DNA of 64,000 bases from Candidatus Eiseniibacteriota bacterium (GTDB taxonomy: Bacteria; Eisenbacteria; RBG-16-71-46; CAZAMP01). Within the stretch, counting starts at the first letter, position 1. Each line of letters opens with the position of its first letter. Under the pieces are notes generated by a model. The model was not told the origin of the DNA. It did not search any database and saw only the letters and a list, made by a program, of their open reading frames with translations. The position numbers were made by a program, and so were the translations under genes. Shown here one piece after another: positions 1-9,443 of the stretch. Location: positions 5,115,583-5,179,582 of the forward strand of contig OZ245046.1 of the NCBI GenBank assembly GCA_965224245.1. The letters run 5' to 3'.

Positions 1-2
1 AC

Positions 3-689
3 GTGATACTCGGCGTCGGCGTGCTGATGGTCGCCATCGTCGTCGAGCGGTTCCTCGTGATCGGACGCGCGTCGCGGATCAACACGTCCCGCTTCGTGGC
101 CGATCTCCAGGCCTGCCTCGAGAAGGGCGACGTGGCCAGGGCGCGAGAGCTGTGCCGTGGCACCACGCCCGCCGTCCGGGTGGCCGCGGCCATCCTCGGA
201 GATGGGTCCGGTGACCAGCAACGCCTTCAGAACACGGCCGACGGCGCGGCGACGCTTGCGCTCCCGCGCCTCACGAAGCGTCTTCCGCACCTGAACACGC
301 TGGCCAACACGGCCACGCTCCTCGGCCTCCTGGGAACGATCTTCGGGCTGACCACGGCGTTCTCGGCGGTGGGCGCCGCCGACCCCGCGCAGCGCTCCGC
401 GTTCCTCGCGGCCGGCATCTCGCAGGCGCTCAGCACGACCGCCTTCGGACTCATCGTCGCGGTGCCCGCGCTCCTGGCGCACGGCTTCCTGGTGGGCAAG
501 GTCGAGGGTGTCGTCGCCGACGTGGACGAGGTGAGCGTGAGGCTCGTCAAGCAGATGTCGCGTCCGCGGATGACGACGGCGGGCACCTCGGCTCCGGGTC
601 TGGCCCAGAGCACGGCCGCGCGCGCGACCGCACCGCGACTGGCCCCGCCGGCTCCGGCAGCCGGCACACCCCGTCGGGGAGCCGCGTAG
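3..689 (+). CDS. MotA/TolQ/ExbB family proton-channel protein; the N-terminus may be cut by the window edge
   Basis: Translation has the family's conserved C-terminal TM pair: LANTATLLGLLGTIFGL and ALSTTAFGLIVAVPALLAHGF. It is followed by two ExbD-type genes. Confidence 0.85.
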   Translation: MILGVGVLMVAIVVERFLVIGRASRINTSRFVADLQACLEKGDVARARELCRGTTPAVRVAAAILGDGSGDQQRLQNTADGAATLALPRLTKRLPHLNTLANTATLLGLLGTIFGLTTAFSAVGAADPAQRSAFLAAGISQALSTTAFGLIVAVPALLAHGFLVGKVEGVVADVDEVSVRLVKQMSRPRMTTAGTSAPGLAQSTAARATAPRLAPPAPAAGTPRRGAA

Positions 690-692
690 AAC

Positions 693-1217
693 ATGGATGT
701 TCGTCGCACCGGCCGGAGCTATCGACGACTCATCGAGGCCGACATCGAGATGCTGCCGCTGATGAACCTCTTCATCGTGCTGATCCCGATGCTGCTCCTG
801 TCGGCGGTGTTCGTCGAGGTGACGGCGATCGACATGGCGATGCCAGGGGCGGATCCATCCGAGAGCGCGCCGGAGGAAGAGCCGTTCCGGCTCTCGGTCG
901 AGATCGCGCCCGATGCATACGTCATCGACGGCAATCGCGTCGATCGCCGGGTCATCGACTGGGGGACGCCGGCGGGGACACCCTCGCCGGATGCGGCACA
1001 CGAGACGCTCCGCGCGGCGCTGGCCGGGATCGCCGAGCGGCATCCCGAGAACCGCGCGGTTCAGATCCTGTCCCGACCCCGGACGCGCTACCGCGAGATC
1101 ATCGCCGTGATGGACGCGTCACGAGAGGCCGGTCTGCCGCACGTCGGACTGGGAGACGCGGCCGCCCCCCGCGGTGTCGGCGACGTTGCCGTCCGCGACG
1201 TGACCAACGAGGGCTGA
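693..1217 (+). CDS. ExbD/TolR family biopolymer transport protein
   Basis: Short basic N-terminus, then EMLPLMNLFIVLIPMLLL (the ExbD-type N-x-x-P-x-x-D/N TM segment) and a periplasmic alpha/beta domain. It starts 4 nt after the exbB-like stop. Confidence 0.85.
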   Translation: MDVRRTGRSYRRLIEADIEMLPLMNLFIVLIPMLLLSAVFVEVTAIDMAMPGADPSESAPEEEPFRLSVEIAPDAYVIDGNRVDRRVIDWGTPAGTPSPDAAHETLRAALAGIAERHPENRAVQILSRPRTRYREIIAVMDASREAGLPHVGLGDAAAPRGVGDVAVRDVTNEG

Positions 1218-1219
1218 CG

Positions 1220-1717
1220 ATGCACCGAACCTGCCACTCCGGTCGGCGCTCGATCGCGTCCCTGAGACGCTCGGGCGGGATCCGACTCACGTCGATGATG
1301 GACATCCTGACTGTCCTGCTCCTCTTCCTGTTGAAGAGCTTCGTCGTCGACGGCGAGGCGATGACACCGCGGGCGGGCATCGATCTTCCCGAGTCGACGG
1401 CGGAAGGAAGTCCGGATCCGTCGCTCGTCGTGGCCATCCAGTCCGACGGGATCGTCCTCGAGGACGAGCTGGTCGCGTCGCTGGCCGAGGTACGCGACGG
1501 CGGACTCGAGATCTCCGCCCTGAGTGAGCGTCTGGACGCGGTCTGGACCCGCATGGACGCGCTGGCGCGGCGTCGTGGCGAGCGCGAGGCCAGCGCACCG
1601 ACGGCGACGATCCAGGGCGATCGCGATCTGGAGTTCGACGTCCTGCAACGCGTGATGTTCACGCTCGCCGAGAACGGGTTCGAGGACATCTCCCTGGCGG
1701 TCATCAAGAAGTCCTGA
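1220..1717 (+). CDS. ExbD/TolR family biopolymer transport protein (second copy)
   Basis: IRLTSMMDILTVLLLFLL TM motif. The C-terminal segment IQGDRDLEFDVLQRVMFTLAENGF is typical of ExbD. The gene abuts the previous one. Confidence 0.85.
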   Translation: MHRTCHSGRRSIASLRRSGGIRLTSMMDILTVLLLFLLKSFVVDGEAMTPRAGIDLPESTAEGSPDPSLVVAIQSDGIVLEDELVASLAEVRDGGLEISALSERLDAVWTRMDALARRRGEREASAPTATIQGDRDLEFDVLQRVMFTLAENGFEDISLAVIKKS

Positions 1718-1719
1718 GG

Positions 1720-2742
1720 GTGGGCATGGCGACACGTGACCGCAAGTACGACCGGCCACTCTTCGCGGGGCCCGACTCGCTCTTCGCGAAGTGCCTGGCC
1801 GGCGCGTCGATGCTCGGCGCTCTGGTGCTGATCGTCGTCTTCGTGACGCCGCTGCGCGAGCGGGAGCTCGTGACGGTGGACGAGGTGCCGAAGCGCCTGG
1901 CCAAGCTCCTGATCGCCGAGCCCGAGCCGGCGAGGACCCCACCGCTCGTGGCCGAGGCGGTGACGCTCGCCGAGCCGGTCGAGGCGCCCGTCGAGCCGGA
2001 GGTCACGCCCGAGCCCGAGGCGACCGCACCCGAGCCGAGGCCCACCCGGCGCCGGAAGCCACCGGAGGCCGTGCAGCGGGATCCCCGCGCGGGCAAGGCG
2101 GGTCGGGACCGCGCGGCGCGCGAGGTCACCGAGACACTCGCGTCCACGACGAAGAGCGTCGAGTCGGCGCTCACGAGCCTGTCGGCGAGCCTGGCCGGTG
2201 CGAGCGACGCGCCGGAGTCTCCGAGGCGCCCGCGCCGCCAGCGGCGCACGCGGAGCGGCCGGTCCGGCGGGCAGGTCACCGCGGCGGAGACCGCGGTCGT
2301 CTCGGCGGGATCGCGGGCGGCGACCGACGTCGCGCTGGAGACCGAGCTGGTCGCCGTCGAGTCGCTGGGCTCCGGGGGTGGCGCGTCGAGTCCGGGAGGA
2401 TCCGGCGCCGGCGCGAGCTCGGGTGTCGACGTCCATCGTTCGACCGCGTCGCTGCTCTCGGTCGTTCGCCGGTACGCGGCCGGGATCCAGTTCTGCTACG
2501 AGAACGAGCTGAAGCGCGACCAGACGCTCAGGGGCAAGATCGTCGTGTCCCTGACGGTCTCGCCGGAGGGTCGCATCGAGGCGGTCGATCTCGTCGAGGA
2601 CACGCTCGGCTCGCCGGCGCTCGGCTCGTGTGCGCTCTCGCAGATCCGAGACTGGCGTTTCCCGCCGATCGACGAGGGCCGGGTGACGTTCCGGATCCCG
2701 TTCGTGTTCACGCCCCCCACGACGGTGGCGGATCGGGACTGA
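1720..2742 (+). CDS. TonB-like energy-transducer with an AgmX/PglI-type C-terminal domain
   Basis: N-terminal TM helix, a Pro/Glu/Ala-rich spacer, and the C-terminus IQFCYENELKRDQTLRGKIVVSLTVSPEGRIEAVDLV...CALSQIRDWRFPP...FRIPFVFT. The start could be the GTG at 1720 or the ATG at 1726. Confidence 0.75.
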   Translation: MGMATRDRKYDRPLFAGPDSLFAKCLAGASMLGALVLIVVFVTPLRERELVTVDEVPKRLAKLLIAEPEPARTPPLVAEAVTLAEPVEAPVEPEVTPEPEATAPEPRPTRRRKPPEAVQRDPRAGKAGRDRAAREVTETLASTTKSVESALTSLSASLAGASDAPESPRRPRRQRRTRSGRSGGQVTAAETAVVSAGSRAATDVALETELVAVESLGSGGGASSPGGSGAGASSGVDVHRSTASLLSVVRRYAAGIQFCYENELKRDQTLRGKIVVSLTVSPEGRIEAVDLVEDTLGSPALGSCALSQIRDWRFPPIDEGRVTFRIPFVFTPPTTVADRD

Positions 2743-3237
2743 GTCGCGCACCGCGGGCACGAATCGCATGCGGAGCCAGCACCCGCTCCGCTCGATCGGA
2801 CCGATCGGGCATGCGTTCGTCGACGGGGCGTTCGAACCCCGGCACGGACCGGCCGAGTCCGACCGGCCTCGCCCGACGGGCGGCTCCGGGGTCTCGGCCG
2901 AGCACGGGCGACGCCGGTCGGCGCCGCCGGAGGCCCGCCAGAGCCCGCCGACGTAGATAGAGCGCAACGTCCCCATTCCGCGGACGATACCTGTAGCGAC
3001 CCGGATGAGAGCGCGCGCTTCAGGACGCCGCGCGCGCCACGGCTCCGGTTGCCGCCCGAGACCACCGTGATCGCCGTTCCGGCGAGAGTTCGGTTGTCGA
3101 TCCCGCCTCGATCGGGCGATAATCCCCGATCGTTTTTCGGGAGGGGCTGGTCCTTTCGCGCTCCCGCGCGGGGTGACCCGGCGACCGGGCAGACGCCGTT
3201 CGTCCGAAGAGGTGTTTTCCCGGAGGTTCAGAGTCAC

Positions 3238-5454
3238 ATGCCATCCACGAGTAAGGTCACCGCAATGGAAACTCAGACCGGCAATTCGAGCACCGGCCGA
3301 CTGAAGGGACGGATCTACGAGATGGATCTCCTCGGCGGACCTGGCTCGAGCGCGAGCAGCTTCGGGTCGCTCACGTTTTCCGGCGACGTCATGCGGCGTC
3401 GACTTCCGAAGGATGTCTACGAGCAGCTTCATCAGTGCATCCAGCGCGGCCAGCCGCTGGACCACACGGTCGCCGACACGGTCGCGTCGGCGATGAAGGC
3501 CTGGGCGCTCGAGCACGGCGCCACGCACTACACGCACTGGTTCCAGCCCCTGACCGGCTCCACTGCCGAGAAGCACGACGCGTTTCTCGAGCCAGACGGC
3601 AACGGCGGCGCCATCGAGCGCTTCTCCGCCGACCAGCTGATTCAGGGCGAGCCGGATGCGAGCTCGTTTCCGTCCGGTGGCATTCGCGAGACGTTCGAAG
3701 CGCGCGGCTACACGGCCTGGGACGCGTCGAGTCCGGCGTTCATCCTCAAGACCGAAGACACGGCCACGCTGTGCATCCCCACGGCGTTCGTGTCGTGGAC
3801 CGGCGAGGCCCTGGACAAGAAGACGCCGCTGCTCCGGTCGTGCGACGCACTCAGCACCCAGGCCAAGCGCGTGCTGGCGCTGTTCGGCACCGACGCCGGC
3901 GTCACGCGGGTCTCGACGACGCTCGGCACCGAGCAGGAGTACTTCCTCGTCGACCGCGAGCTGTTCAACCTGCGCCCCGATCTCCAGATCTGCGGCCGCA
4001 CGGTGCTCGGCGCGGCGTCGTCGAAGGGCCACCAGCTCGACGATCACTACTTCGGCGCCATCCCGGCCCGCGTGCTGTCGTTCATGGCCGACGTCGAGCA
4101 GCGTCTGTTCGAGCTCGGGGTTCCGGTCAAGACGAGACACAACGAGGTCGCGCCCGGTCAGTACGAGATCGCGCCCACGTTCGAGAACGTGAACACGGCG
4201 GTCGACCACCAGATGCTGATCATGCACGTGCTCCAGCGCACGGCGCGCCATCACGGGTTCGCGTGCCTCATTCACGAGAAGCCGTTCGCGGGCGTCAACG
4301 GATCGGGCAAGCACAACAACTGGTCGATGACCACCGACACCGGGGTCAATCTCCTGGACCCACGTGATGATGCGCACACCAACATGCAGTTCCTGGTGTT
4401 CCTGGCGTCGGTCATCATGGCCGTGGATCGTCACGCCGATCTCCTGCGCGCGTCGATCGCGAACGCGGGCAACGACCATCGCCTCGGAGCCAACGAGGCA
4501 CCGCCGGCGATCATCTCGATCTTCCTCGGCGACATGCTCAGCGACATCCTCGATCAGCTCGCGCGGGGGCAGGCGCGTTCGACGAAGAAGGGCGGCTCGC
4601 TGAACCTCGGCGCGCACACGCTGCCGCAGATTCCCCGTCACTCGGGTGACCGCAACCGCACGAGCCCGTTCGCGTTCACCGGCAACAAGTTCGAGTTCCG
4701 CGCGGTCGGGTCGTCGGCCGCCGTCGCGTGGCCGAACACGGTCATCAACACGATCGTGGCCGAGGCCGTCGACATCGTCGTCACCGATCTCGAGAAGCGC
4801 GCCGGCAAGAACCCCACCGAGAGGAAGCTCGAGCAGGCAGTCCGTGCGGTCCTGAAGGACGTCGTGCGCAAGCATCGCCGCATCGTGTTCGACGGCGACA
4901 ACTACTCGACGGACTGGCACGCCGAAGCCGAGAAGCGGGGTCTCCCGCACCTGCGCACCACGCCGGACGCCTACGCGGCGTTCAAGACCCGTGCGGCGCA
5001 GGCGCTGTTCCGCAAGTACGGCGTCCTGAACGCGCGCGAGTACAAGGCGCGCGTGGAGGTCCTCGTCGAGCGGTACAACAACGTGATGCAGATCGAGGCC
5101 CGCACGCTGCTCCGGATGCTGCGCACGCAGGTGCTGCCCGCATGCCTGCGCTGCCAGGGCGAGCTGGCCGACATCGTCATGTCGAGCGAGGCCGCCGGTG
5201 CGAGGACGTTCGGAGCGCGGCGCACGTTCGACACCGTGGCCGCGCTGTGCGCCGACCTGGAGTCGGAGTGCGACGTGCTGGCGACGGCCCTGGACGAGCT
5301 GCCCGACGGCGGAGACGCCTGCAGCAAAGCGATCATCGACACGTTGATCCCGGCCATGCGAGCGGCACGGACGACGGCCGATGCGCTCGAGGGATACGTG
5401 TCAGACGACATGTGGCCGTTCCCGAGCTACGCGGAGCTGATGTTCGTCAAGTAG
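3238..5454 (+). CDS. glnN: Glutamine synthetase, type III
   Basis: About 738 aa with the GSIII-type N-terminus ([21 protein letters not shown]) and a GS catalytic core ([34 protein letters not shown]). The ATG at 3238 is preceded by GGAGG. The longer track ORF from 3049 adds a non-protein-like leader. Confidence 0.9.
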   Translation: MPSTSKVTAMETQTGNSSTGRLKGRIYEMDLLGGPGSSASSFGSLTFSGDVMRRRLPKDVYEQLHQCIQRGQPLDHTVADTVASAMKAWALEHGATHYTHWFQPLTGSTAEKHDAFLEPDGNGGAIERFSADQLIQGEPDASSFPSGGIRETFEARGYTAWDASSPAFILKTEDTATLCIPTAFVSWTGEALDKKTPLLRSCDALSTQAKRVLALFGTDAGVTRVSTTLGTEQEYFLVDRELFNLRPDLQICGRTVLGAASSKGHQLDDHYFGAIPARVLSFMADVEQRLFELGVPVKTRHNEVAPGQYEIAPTFENVNTAVDHQMLIMHVLQRTARHHGFACLIHEKPFAGVNGSGKHNNWSMTTDTGVNLLDPRDDAHTNMQFLVFLASVIMAVDRHADLLRASIANAGNDHRLGANEAPPAIISIFLGDMLSDILDQLARGQARSTKKGGSLNLGAHTLPQIPRHSGDRNRTSPFAFTGNKFEFRAVGSSAAVAWPNTVINTIVAEAVDIVVTDLEKRAGKNPTERKLEQAVRAVLKDVVRKHRRIVFDGDNYSTDWHAEAEKRGLPHLRTTPDAYAAFKTRAAQALFRKYGVLNAREYKARVEVLVERYNNVMQIEARTLLRMLRTQVLPACLRCQGELADIVMSSEAAGARTFGARRTFDTVAALCADLESECDVLATALDELPDGGDACSKAIIDTLIPAMRAARTTADALEGYVSDDMWPFPSYAELMFVK

Positions 5455-5466
5455 GACCCGCGATCC

Positions 5467-5491
5467 CGCCGCGGCGACCGTCGCCGCGGCG
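5467..5491 (+). terminator. GC-rich hairpin 13 nt after the glnN stop
   Basis: cgccgcggcga / ccg / tcgccgcggcg: perfect 11-bp stem with a 3-nt loop. There is no clear U-tract. Confidence 0.45.
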
Positions 5492-5805
5492 CGCCAGAAG
5501 GCGGCCCCGCCCGGGGTGGGCGAGGCCGCATTCGTCGAGGCCGGGTTGAGACGGAAGTGCGAGGCGGTTGGGGACTACATCTGTTTCGGGTCCAGGCGCG
5601 GGCCGTGGTCTGGGACCGATGAGACGGCGAACCGGTGGGGACGAACGGTGGGGAGCCGCGCCAGCCGTGCGGGAAGTGTAGAACGAAACGCCCGCTCGCG
5701 ATGCAGGGATACCGATCGAAAGTGAGCATTCGTGGTGCGAACGGTCGAGGTCGTCCGACGGTGGTCGGGTGGAGCCGATGCCGGGCGATCCTCTCGGGCG
5801 AGACG

Positions 5806-5832
5806 CCCCGCTCCCGACGAGCGGGAGCGGGG
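5806..5832 (-). terminator. Hairpin just downstream of the PEP-CTERM gene on the minus strand
   Basis: ccccgctcccg / acgag / cgggagcgggg: 11-bp perfect stem, about 30 nt beyond the stop at 5862. Confidence 0.45.
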
Positions 5833-5861
5833 CTGGACGTGATCCCGTCGACGCTTCCGGC

Positions 5862-6212
5862 TCAGCGCATGCGGCGCCGCGCGTGGACGGCGAGTCCCGC
5901 GAGCCCCAGGCCGATCAGTGCGACCGAGGCGGGCTCGGGAATCGGCCTGGCTCCGCCGGGCGACGCCGCGACCAGGAGCCGGTTGCCCGTCTCCTCGCCT
6001 CCCAACGTCACCCGATCGCCGAGCGCCCCGAGCGCCCCGAGCGCCGGCTCGGCGTGCGGCTCATCCAGGCGACCCTCGTAGCCAGCCTCCGCCGGCGCTC
6101 CGCCGGGATGACTCGCGAGCTCACAGACGTACGGTGCCGCGCCGGCCGTCGACGCGGTAGCGGCGCTCAGTCCGACGACCAGCATCAGTCGCCCGAGCGA
6201 TGTCACGTGCAT
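5862..6212 (-). CDS. Small secreted PEP-CTERM sorting-domain protein
   Basis: Signal peptide MHVTSLGRLMLVVGLSAATASTAGA. C-terminus is IPEPASVALIGLGLAGLAVHARRRMR (PEP motif, TM helix, basic tail). GAGGAAGGA lies upstream of the ATG. Confidence 0.7.
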   Translation of the reverse strand: MHVTSLGRLMLVVGLSAATASTAGAAPYVCELASHPGGAPAEAGYEGRLDEPHAEPALGALGALGDRVTLGGEETGNRLLVAASPGGARPIPEPASVALIGLGLAGLAVHARRRMR

Positions 6213-6618
6213 GATGTCAATCCTTCCTCGAGCCGACCGCGCCGGTGCTCCCGGCCGATCGACCGCGTCCCGATGTCGTGTCCTGCTACGGTGCGTGCGA
6301 TGTCGTGGCTCCTTTCCGAGCGCTGCGGGCGCTCTCGGGGCAACTCGTCGTGCGGCAGGCCGACGTCACCCCCGAAGGGGTGTCAGGAGTACGGATCGCG
6401 CGTGCGAGTTCCGGCGGCGAACGCTCCGTTCGATCGTCCAAGTGATGTTGGATCAATACGTTGACAGCGATCGTGGGCGTCGTCTCGCGGTCGCGGCAGC
6501 GTCTCGCGGCATCTGTCTAGACGCCGTGACACCGGAGAAGGTCACATGAGGATCTCGTGTGGGGGCCGACGCCGGCGCGGTCGAGAGAGACCGGGCCGGT
6601 GCGTCGGAGCGGGGGTGT

Positions 6619-8334
6619 CTAGCTGGCGCGCACCAGTCGCACCGATCCCGCAACGCGGCCGTCGACCCGGATGCGGACGAAGTACACGCCGGCTCCGACG
6701 CGAGCGCCGCGCGTGTCGTCGCCGTTCCAGCTCAGCTCGGTGACGCCTCGGGTCACGGCGAGCCCGACGGCGAGTCGCCGCACGAGTCGTCCCTGCGCGT
6801 CCACGACCTCCGCCGACACGCGTGCGTCGGTGTCGAGGTCGAACGCGATGCGGGCCACGTCGCCCGACGGGTTTGGCGTCAGCAGACGGAGCGCGATCGC
6901 ATCGGCGAGATCGACGCTCGGGTCACCCACCGCGATCACGGCCTCCGCCTCGTCGGAGAAGATCGACTCGTTGAAGTCGGTGTCGTAAGCCGACACCGAG
7001 ACGAGAAAGGCGTCCGTGGTCGGCAGGCCTCCGATCGAGAACTCCTGGACGGGACCGGCGTCGAGACCGGCGTCCAGCACGTCGTAGTAGAACGTCGAGT
7101 CGACGCCGGCGCGTCTCAGCGCCACCCGGTAGCCCGCCAGGTCGGGCGCGGTGGTGACGCTCGGCCAGGTCACGTTCAGGTTGCCGTCGCCCAGATCCTC
7201 GACGCTCGGCATCGACGGTCGCTCCGGGGCCAGGGCGAGGTTCGCGAACGCGGCCAGGTTGAGACGCGTGACGCGTGCGAGGTAGGGGAAGTTCATGTAC
7301 TCGATCAAGTCGTCACCGTTGTGCTGGTGCCCGACCGACCCATCGCCGACCCCGTCCTCGTTGGCCTCGGTGAACCGCGCGGCCGCGAAGCCCCGATTCC
7401 CGAAGGGGATGTGATCGCCGCCGCGTCCCGGGCGGTCCTGGCGCAGGATCATCGTCACCTCGAACTCGCTCATGTACCGCAGCCCGGCCAGCTTGATCGC
7501 GCGCGCGAGCTGGCGGCTCGACGACGTGTCCGGTCCCCGCGAGAAGTGACGCACGCTCATCGAGTCGACGATGACCGGCTCCCCGTCCGGACAGGCCGGG
7601 TTCGCACAGCCGACGATGTTGCCGACGATGTCGTTGGTGACCATGCCGTCGAGGCGAAGTCCGCTCGTGTCGGCGAACACCGCGTAGCGCGTCGAGCCGA
7701 TCAGTCCGTTCTCCTCACCGGTGAACGCGAGCAGGAGGAGGCTCGCGTCGAGGTCGGTGCCGGCGAGAACCCGGCTCATCTCGAGAACGGCGGCCACGCC
7801 GCTCCCATCGTCGTTCGCCCCCGGCGCCGCCGAGGACGCGTCGCAGTTGTCGACGATGCGCGAGTCCATGTGTCCGCTGACCAGGAAGTGTCGTTCGGGC
7901 TGGAGCGTGCCCACCTTGTCGTTGACCACGTTGCGATGCGTGGTCGTGAACATGCACGTCTGCGCGACGAACGAGAAGTAGCTCGGCGCCATGTTGCTGC
8001 CGGGTGTGGAGGCGTGCGCGTCGAAGCGGCTGCGGATCCAGCGTCGCGCGGCACCGATGCCCACGGTGGACGAGACCGTGTCCGAGTTCATGTGCCGCGT
8101 GTGGAAGCCGACCAGCCGCTGCACGTAGCTCTGGAGGCTGTCGGCGGAGACGTCTTCGAGGAGCGCGGCGATCGTGGGGTTGGCGGGCAACGAGCTCGAG
8201 AACGGCGTTCCCCTGGACACGGCGTCGCCGTCACCTGCGGTGCGGGTTCCTCCAGCCCGGATGACCAGAGAGGTCGTGATGACGGCGGCCACCACCAGGA
8301 TCATGCGTGTGCGAGCTGAACGACGTTCCACCAT
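6619..8334 (-). CDS. M28 family aminopeptidase with a FlgD/T9SS-type C-terminal domain
   Basis: M28 metal-ligand motifs (SGHMDS, NDDGSGVAAVLE, FTGEENGLIGS). C-terminus is NPSGDVARIAFDL...AEVVDAQGRLVRRL...GAGVYFVRIRVDG. Confidence 0.85.
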   Translation of the reverse strand: MVERRSARTRMILVVAAVITTSLVIRAGGTRTAGDGDAVSRGTPFSSSLPANPTIAALLEDVSADSLQSYVQRLVGFHTRHMNSDTVSSTVGIGAARRWIRSRFDAHASTPGSNMAPSYFSFVAQTCMFTTTHRNVVNDKVGTLQPERHFLVSGHMDSRIVDNCDASSAAPGANDDGSGVAAVLEMSRVLAGTDLDASLLLLAFTGEENGLIGSTRYAVFADTSGLRLDGMVTNDIVGNIVGCANPACPDGEPVIVDSMSVRHFSRGPDTSSSRQLARAIKLAGLRYMSEFEVTMILRQDRPGRGGDHIPFGNRGFAAARFTEANEDGVGDGSVGHQHNGDDLIEYMNFPYLARVTRLNLAAFANLALAPERPSMPSVEDLGDGNLNVTWPSVTTAPDLAGYRVALRRAGVDSTFYYDVLDAGLDAGPVQEFSIGGLPTTDAFLVSVSAYDTDFNESIFSDEAEAVIAVGDPSVDLADAIALRLLTPNPSGDVARIAFDLDTDARVSAEVVDAQGRLVRRLAVGLAVTRGVTELSWNGDDTRGARVGAGVYFVRIRVDGRVAGSVRLVRAS

Positions 8335-8528
8335 GCGGGCCCCCTTGCTGGCGAATCCGGCCGATCGAGAGTGAACTTCGTTCGAAGTCTACCAGCTCGG
8401 CCGGAACCGCGGGGGCGCCCGCCGGGGCCGGCGCTCGGATCGGCATCCCCGGCGGGCGCCCGCTCCGGCTTGACGCGACGGTCGAAAGCCCGTATCGGTC
8501 CCCGCGCACCGCCGGCGAGACGAGGGCC

Positions 8529-9293
8529 ATGCAAGCGAACTCCGGGACCCGCGCGAACGCGCACACATCGATCGTGATCTATACCGACGGGGCCGCCTCC
8601 GGCAACCCGGGCCCCGGCGGGTGGGGGGCGATCGTGCGCTGCGGGGACGATCACGTCGAGGAGCTGGGCGGCGGGGCCGCCCACACCACGAACAACCGCA
8701 TGGAGATGACGGCCGTCATCGAAGCGCTGCGCTTCGCCGCCGATCGTCCGGGACCGGTCGTCGTCTATAGCGATTCCACATACGTCATCAAGGGCATCAC
8801 CGAGTGGATCGACGGGTGGAAACGCCGCGGCTGGCGCACGTCCGGCGGCGAGCCGGTCGCGAACCGCGAGCTCTGGGAGGCCATCGACGAGCTCGTCCGG
8901 GCCCGGGGACGTGCGATCCGCTGGGTGTACGTGCGGGGGCACCGCGGCGTCCCCGGCAACGAACGCGTCGACGAGATCGCGGTGGCGCACACGCGCGGAG
9001 AGGCTCCGTCTCTCTATTCCGGCCCCGTCGCGGCGTACGGCATCGATCTGACGGGACCCCCACCGAGCGCGTCGACCGGATCGTCGACGTCGCGCGCGTC
9101 GCGCCGAGGGGCGGCATACAGCTATCTGAGCCTCGTGAACGGCGTGCTCCGTCGTCACGCGACCTGGGCCGCATGCGAGGCCCGCGTCAAGGGGCGGAGC
9201 GGCGCCCGGTTCAAGAAGGCCATGACGGCCGCGGAGGAGGCCGACATCGTGCGCGGCTGGGGCCTCGATCCGGGCCAGCTCCCGCCGCGCTGA
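8529..9293 (+). CDS. rnhA: Ribonuclease HI with a C-terminal RNase H1-type hybrid-binding (Cauli_VI-like) domain
   Basis: IYTDGAASGNPGPGGWG, NNRMEMTAVIEAL, YSDSTYVIKGI and GHRGVPGNERVD match the DEDD RNase H core. The C-terminus YSYLSLVNGVLRRHATWAACEARVKGRSGARFKKAMTAAEEA resembles the HBD. The start is placed at the internal ATG at 8529. Confidence 0.85.
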   Translation: MQANSGTRANAHTSIVIYTDGAASGNPGPGGWGAIVRCGDDHVEELGGGAAHTTNNRMEMTAVIEALRFAADRPGPVVVYSDSTYVIKGITEWIDGWKRRGWRTSGGEPVANRELWEAIDELVRARGRAIRWVYVRGHRGVPGNERVDEIAVAHTRGEAPSLYSGPVAAYGIDLTGPPPSASTGSSTSRASRRGAAYSYLSLVNGVLRRHATWAACEARVKGRSGARFKKAMTAAEEADIVRGWGLDPGQLPPR

Positions 9294-9443
9294 CGCGGTC
9301 TTGCCGTGGACGCTCGGCCCGTCCATGGGCTACCCTTACCCGTTTCGCAGGCGCCGCCCCCATCCGTCCAAGCGCTTGCCATGAAGACGCATTCCCATGA
9401 GCCCCATGAGCGACGTTCGGAGGGTCCGGTGAGCCAGAGCACG

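Noticed and set aside
2825-2840. tRNA-like T-arm sequence ggggcGTTCGAAcccc in the 495-bp gap upstream of glnN
   Set aside because: The loop is 8 nt rather than 7. I could not find a matching acceptor stem, D-arm or anticodon arm within the expected distances, so it is not a tRNA.
3148-3162. Possible sigma-54 -24/-12 element (tGGtcctttcgcGCt) upstream of glnN
   Set aside because: The GG-to-GC spacing is off by one and the flanking consensus bases are missing. This is too weak to call.
1099-4950. 1283-aa minus-strand ORF, the longest in the track
   Set aside because: It is antisense to the exbD, tonB-like and glnN genes. The translation is Arg/Pro/Gly/Asp low-complexity with no motifs. The plus-strand genes have clear family signatures. 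This is a typical shadow ORF of GC-rich DNA.
6559-8319. 586-aa plus-strand ORF
   Set aside because: It is the antisense shadow of the M28 peptidase gene and has no recognisable motifs.
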